Below, in pieces: positions 57,712-64,000 of a stretch of 64,000 nt of DNA. A model generated the notes under the pieces. The model ran no database searches. It was not told the origin of the DNA and saw only the letters and a program-made list of their open reading frames with translations. The translations under genes and the position numbers were made by a program. Source of the DNA: the human T2T-CHM13v2.0 reference genome, Homo sapiens; the NCBI RefSeq assembly GCF_009914755.1, contig NC_060930.1; one strand, 5' to 3'. Each line of letters starts with the position of its first letter. The stretch's first letter is position 1.

Positions 57712-59623
57712 TTGGTCTACTCAATACATAGTTGGTGATAGGCCACTAAAACGTTTTAAAAGTTAAAGGAGTAGATCAGATTTGTGTGACTTAGAAACAT
57801 ATATAGTGAAAAATCAGTGAAATTAGTTTATTGCTTAATTGATATCACTAGAAGCAGACTTTTCCATTGCTGACATTTCCAATTGAAGAATCACCTCCTC
57901 ATTGACTAAATCCTACCACCAGGCTGAGTCACATGGGACATGCTGCTGAGCCAGTTTTTCTCCTGTGTGCCCGAATGACTCAGAGTGCCAATGACAGTGC
58001 CGGTTTTATGTCCCTGGAACTCCACTTGGAAGTTTGGAATCAATTGTCAACTCCATTCAAGTGTGTCTTGCTCAGCCTGGTTAACTTGAAACTGTTCCTT
58101 GAACAAGATTGCTGTTTTATCTTTTGTCATCCACTTGCTGTGTGACTAATTTGAATGTTAATATTTTTAACTAAAAACTCTTTGTTACTAAGTAAAACCA
58201 TTTGAAAGACTTTCACAATGTCTGGATATAATATTTTTTAGGAAATAAAGGCAACTTAAAACTTGCTAATTATAAACTAAATATACATGATTTTAATTGA
58301 GTGTCAGGAGTCCAAACCTATTAGTCTAGCCTAAGAACATCTTACCAAATGCTAAGTATTGTGGCATGCTGTCTGAATTTGTGCCTCACATACCAATGAA
58401 CCACATATTAAACTTCTAAGGCATGGAAATTTCCTCTCCCCTGCTCCCCTACGTGAAGCAAAATGAGTGAGGTGCACAACCTGATAAAGAAGGTACGAGT
58501 TTTATTATTATTGGCTATCATTATTTTGTTTCAGAAAAATATTTTTGTTTTACTACTTAAAATGGGCTTTGTCACTTCTTCACACTGGATTTAGAAATCC
58601 ATATTGGTACTGAAGGACTAGACGTAAGTCTTTAGGATAAGAGGATCAAAGACTTAGTATCTCTAAATATTCTAAGGGAAACAAACAAAAGAAAACAAAT
58701 AAAGAAAATGGCTTACATTGTCACGATCAAGTAGAAAAAAACCGAGCCTGGATGGCCTTGGGAGATGGTGTAAAACTGCATGCAAACTACTCTTTTGTAT
58801 GTTTTTAGCCTTGCCTGAGAAAAATGACCAGCCTGTTCAATTCTCACTTCCAGAGAGAAGGAAAGGTAGTAAGGAGCTTCGGATACCCAAGGAAACTTCT
58901 GAAGGCAGTAACTTCAAGTAGTTTCTTCAATTTCTCCCAATCTGAAATATTGGTTTGCCACTTCCTAGGACATCTGCTTTCATATGTAAAACTTATAAAA
59001 CTTATTAAAAAATTAGATCACAATTGACAACAATGAGCAAATAACTGGACATAGTAATGCAGAGAGCTATGTTAAGCTCCTCAACAATATTAAGAAAAAT
59101 TGTAGCCTCCATTATGACCACTTTAAAGGGTGCCATCCAACGATACTCAACTCTCTGGGTGGGTCAGCAATTCCCCTTCAGGTAGTCAATTAACTTTTTT
59201 TATTCATTGATGGTATCAGTGCAACATTCCACAATCTCCCTCCTACTTAGTCATAGAATCTTACAACTGCAAGGCTCAACAACTCCAACCATATTCATTC
59301 CACAAGGAGGTACTGATCAGCTACAGTATAGTGCATTGGATACTTGGGGATTCAAAGATACAGTCCAAAAACTTCATGGAACTTTCAGTCTGGTGGATAA
59401 AACCTTTATCACAGTGCTGCTGGAATCAATGAAAAATATTATTATGATTGCAAAGATGGGGCCATAGAATGCTGCATGTGGCTTTACAGGGAGAAGGTGC
59501 AGTAAGGTTAGGGAAAGCTTCCCAAAAGACTGACTCTTAAGTCTTGAAGAATGAGTAGGAGGTGAGCTGGCAGTAAGGATCTAGAGGTTGGGGAGAAAGG
59601 CAAGGAAATGAAAAACATCTGAG

Positions 59624-59825
59624 CTATGCTGTCCAGTACCATAGCTACTAGCCACTGTGCATATTTAAATTAATTAAAATCAAATAAAATACAAATTTTA
59701 GTTTCTCATTTGCACTAGCCACATTCCAAGTGCTCAATAACCACATGTGGCTAGTGTTTATTGTATTGGACCATGTAAATTTAGAACATTTCTATCATCA
59801 TAGAAAGTTCTCTTGGACAGCACTG
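59624..59825. mobile_element. MER3-like hAT MITE inside an L2 remnant
   Basis: 'ctgtccagtacc...ctagccacattccaagtgctcaataaccacatgtggctagt...ttggacagcactg'. Confidence 0.8.
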
Positions 59826-60964
59826 ACTCTGGACACAAAGAACAACAAAAGCAGAGAGACCTAAGAGCGAATGTTGGTATGAATAACTGCAGGTGGTTAA
59901 GTCCAGCTGGAGAACAGAGTACCTAGAGAGGGAGAATGACAGGCACTTAGGCACAGCAGGGGCCATCCCAGGCCATACCCCCATTGACTTCCTTTGCTGA
60001 TATCACAAAACTCAGGAGGATTCGAGTCCTGGCAAATTCTGTCTCTCATTATCAACCAGTCATTATGGCATTGAAAAGCTGCATGGCTGAAACCTTTGAA
60101 CAAGCATCTTTGCTTCACCAATTGTGTTTATGAAACCATATGTCTTATGGAAATGAAGGCAACTTACCACATCATGAATTCATTACTTTCCTTTGAAAAA
60201 AGGAGATCGAAAGTTTTATATGGGCATCTTATCCCTCTTTTTATTTTTTATATATTAAAAAAAAATCCATGTACCATTTTGCACTTACAAAAACTGGGGT
60301 TTTCTTTATATAAATGCTTTTGGTTCTTCAGCACACAGATTTTGGTAGAGTCAAGTATTGGATGTAGGAAAACAGGATCATGCTATTACGAATTCAAGAA
60401 TGATTACAGGCAAGCTCCATTCAACCTCACCAACAATTTTTCCTCAAATAATTAAAAAAAGGATCACAATGAGGCTTTAAAAATATATTGGTAAATTACA
60501 CAGGATTACATCAATACTTTAGGATTCTCTATGCTGCAGTTCTTGACTTCCTTAGCAGACCACATGGTGGGTATGTGGGTATACAAGGGACTGGGGTCCC
60601 AAAACCTTTTCAAGCTGTTTCTTCATCTATAACAGTGTTGAAATGTCCTCTCTAGAGATGTGGCAGATACTAAGTGAGCTAATACATGGAGAGCACTTAG
60701 CCTATAGGATCTCTCTGTGTGTTTGTGGAGGAGAGTAGTGAGGATGGGGGCGGCCATCCATCAAGCCATGTATATGTTTGATGGTGCTACAAACTTGTCC
60801 CAATACTTCTTCTGGAAATGAAATTTCCTGAGATGGGTTCTAAGACCCTTTATATAAAAAAAAAAAGCACATCAAAGATTATGAAGTAACAAAACCACAA
60901 AAAAATAACTCACATATATGCCAGACACTGACACTCTATGGCTTTTATGAAACAGGTGTTTATC

Positions 60965-61203
60965 ATGGAGCTTCCCAAGCTTTCTCATTCATTTATGCTT
61001 AACAACTCAGTAATTTTTTTTTACAGGACCCTAAACCAAAATATAGGCTAACATTTTCATTTATTAAGTAGTTATGGCCAAATATCATGCAAGGTCCAAC
61101 AGATATTATTGTGCTTCCCAAGAAAATTTAAAATATCCCACTACCTCCCTGTGACTTCACTGTAGCACTCTAGCACACCCCAGCACACATTTGGGAGCCA
61201 TAG
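60965..61203. mobile_element. Degenerate hAT-Charlie MITE
   Basis: 'ttcccaagctttctc...aaaatatccc...cagcacacatttgggagccatag'. Confidence 0.45.
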
Positions 61204-61301
61204 GTTTAGCATGTTATACTTTACAAAGCACTTTCACAGCTACTACCTTGCTTATCTTCACTGTAACTACTGTGAGACACTATGTAGATGAGAAAATTGC
61301 A

Positions 61302-61550
<249 letters not shown>

Positions 61551-61912
61551 TTAAGGTTTTATAGCTAAGAAGCTGCAAATCAAGACACAAATTTATTGGG
61601 ATCTGACTCTAAACAATCTTCCTCCTGTTCTGTATGCTGTTTCTTCCTCTACTCAGAAAGTCAATAGCATCTTTTATTAATCTTCATTGTTTTACAGTAT
61701 TATTCCCTTACTAAAGTGAGATATGCAAGAAATATTTCCATGTTGGGATGCTCCTTTCAAATTTATATTTCAATTCCTTGACTAAACAAACAGTTATTCC
61801 AAAATACTTTTTACAGTAGCTGAACCTACACACATACATACACACACACACACACGCACACAAAAAAAACTATTCCAGCAGGTGTGTGCATGTTGTAGAA
61901 TAAAGCAAGGTG

Positions 61913-62248
61913 CAGTAGTCCCCCATTATCTGTGAGGGATATGTTCTAGTAACTCCAGTGGTTGCCTGAAACTGAGGATAGTACTTGATTCCCATATATA
62001 ATGTACTATGTTCTTTCCCATGTATACATAATATGATAAAGTTTAATTTATAAATTAGGCACAATAAAAGATGAACAATAATGATGAATAATAAAACAGA
62101 GCAATTATAACAATGCACTACAATAAAAGTTATATGGATGTACTGTCTCTTCTTCTTTCTCTCTCTCTGTCTCTCAAGTTCTCACTGTAGTCTACCTTGG
62201 GTAACTGAAAGCATGCAAAGTGAAAGCTCAGATAAGGGGATATTACTG
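61913..62248. mobile_element. MER44A-like Tigger MITE
   Basis: TIR-like ends cagtagtcccccattatc / gataaggggatattactg; about 335 bp. Confidence 0.8.
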
Positions 62249-62469
62249 TGCAAGGTTTCAGATAGTAGAAAAGCTGTCATGCAAACTACAGAATGATAAA
62301 TAATAGCTAACAGTTCTTGAAATATTAACTCATGACAGGTACGTTACTAAATGGATTACAAAATTTAAGCTTTTCCAATAATTCTATGGTGTAGGTACTA
62401 TTATTATCCACTTGTTAAAGCTGAGAAACTTGAGGTTTAGAGGGAATAACTTAACCAATATTCAACTGA

Positions 62470-63545
62470 AAGAAAAAAACCTAGAATAGTCAAAACAATC
62501 TTGAAAAAAAAAACGTTGGAGGACTCATAAAACCTGATTTCAAGATTTACTATAAATCTTTACTATACTGTAATCAAGATAGTGTGATACTGGCAAGAAG
62601 CCAGACATGTAGATTAATGGAACAGGAGAGAGTCCATAAATAAATCTACAAAAGTCCCAATTTCAACAAAGGTGCCAAGGCAATTGAATAGATAAAGCTT
62701 AATCTTTTCAACAAATAGTGATGAAACATCCATATGCAAAACAAAGCAAAAAACCCAACCCACACCTGGCATCTAAAACTATAAAACCTCTAGAAAAAAA
62801 TGGAAAATCTTTCTGACCTTGGCAGATAAAATTTCTTAGAACACAAAAAGCAAGCTTCATAAAAGAAAAATTATAAATTAGATTCTATCAAAAATGAAAC
62901 ACAGTTGAAAAAAATGTAAAGAAAAGCCACAGACTAGAAGAAAATACTTGCAACACATACCTGATAAAGAACATGCATCCAGAATTTATCAAGAATTCTC
63001 TAAACTCAACAATAGAAAAACAAAAATCCCAACATCAAAAATGGGCAAAACATTTGAACAGACAATTCACTAAAGAAAATACAGAGATAGGAACTCAGCA
63101 TACACAAAAACGCTCAAAATCATTTGTTATTAGGGAAATGCCAGTTAAAACCACAATAACTCACATTATTAGAATGGCTAAAAAAAATTTAAATGGACAA
63201 AATTGAGTACTGGTAAAGATGTAGAGCAACTGGAACTCCCACACATTGCTGGTGGGAATGCAAAACAGTGCAACCACTTTGGAAAACAGTTTGCCAGCTT
63301 CTTGTAAAGTTAAATATATACTCACCATGTGACCCCGGAGCCCCACTCATATGCATTTACCCCCAGCAAAACGAAAATACGTCTATACAAAGGCAAATGT
63401 TCACAGAAGCTTGATTCATAGTCACCAAAAAGTTGGAAACAACACAAGGTCATTCAACTTGTAAGTGGATAAACAAATCATATTTCATCCACACAGTAGA
63501 ATACTATTCAGCAATAAAAAGGAAGAAATAACTGATATAAACAGT
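62470..63545 (+). mobile_element. Old L1M (L1MB/MC/ME-type) ORF2-3' fragment
   Basis: 'cctagaatagtcaaaacaatcttgaa', 'aacaaaggtgccaaggcaatt', 'gagcaactggaactcccacacattgctggtgggaatgcaaa'. Confidence 0.8.
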
Positions 63546-64000
63546 GTGTCACTACAGTAACAGTTTTTTAACCTTCATTTCCCTTACAGTCAGTTCTTCA
63601 AAGCATCCTTGCTGCCATTATATTTGTCATCATACTATTAAGTAGATTGCAACCTGCATCTTTATAATCACTTATATTTTCCAGAACAAATAGGCTAGTT
63701 GCCTGAATTGTATTGCATAAATATTCTGGTCTCCAGGACAGGATTCAGACGATGCACCCTAATCATCAGCAACACATTCACAAATTCCAACCCACCAGCC
63801 TGATGGCATCGTTTAGGTATTGATTTTTGCAAGTTTTTATTTCAGAACGTGAACTTATCTTAGATGTATCTTCAAATTCAAATGTCATCTTACTGTAACC
63901 CTAAATGTTGGAAAAAAGTATGAGATGGAGTCCCTGCCACTGTCTAATCAGGGGGACAGAATTCATAACTTATCTCAGAAGAAATCAATTTCAGGTCATT

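Noticed and set aside
61905-62256. MER44A flanked by TG rather than TA, with gcaagg on both sides
   Set aside because: Explainable by ordinary decay of an old element; the match is too short to interpret.

Overview
Primate (human or great-ape type) non-coding DNA, intergenic or inside a long intron, dominated by interspersed repeats. No host protein-coding exon, RNA gene or CRISPR array can be supported. The main feature is a full-length, ~6.15 kb, + strand L1PA3-type LINE-1 (3890-10044). It has a long-form 5'UTR, an antisense ORF0 extended to 154 aa, a triply disrupted ORF1 and an uninterrupted 1274-aa ORF2 whose C-terminal CCHC motif is damaged. It is nested in a MER58C-like MITE, which is itself nested in an ancient L1M/L1ME. 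The rest is Alus (AluJ/AluS), older L1 fragments, L2, MIR, MaLR/ERVL solo LTRs, hAT and Tigger MITEs, and microsatellites. I found no evidence for a wholly new biological system. The best second-look items are mechanistic footprints: an L1PA7 3' transduction, an extreme twin-priming L1 inversion with a ~4.4 kb gap, a 125-bp dispersed duplication 2970 bp apart, a TSD-flanked Alu without poly(A), a hairpin-type insertion in an AluSc, closely spaced inverted Alus, and minus-strand splice signals. Repeat subfamily names come from recalled consensus features rather than a database search, and boundaries of old repeats are approximate.
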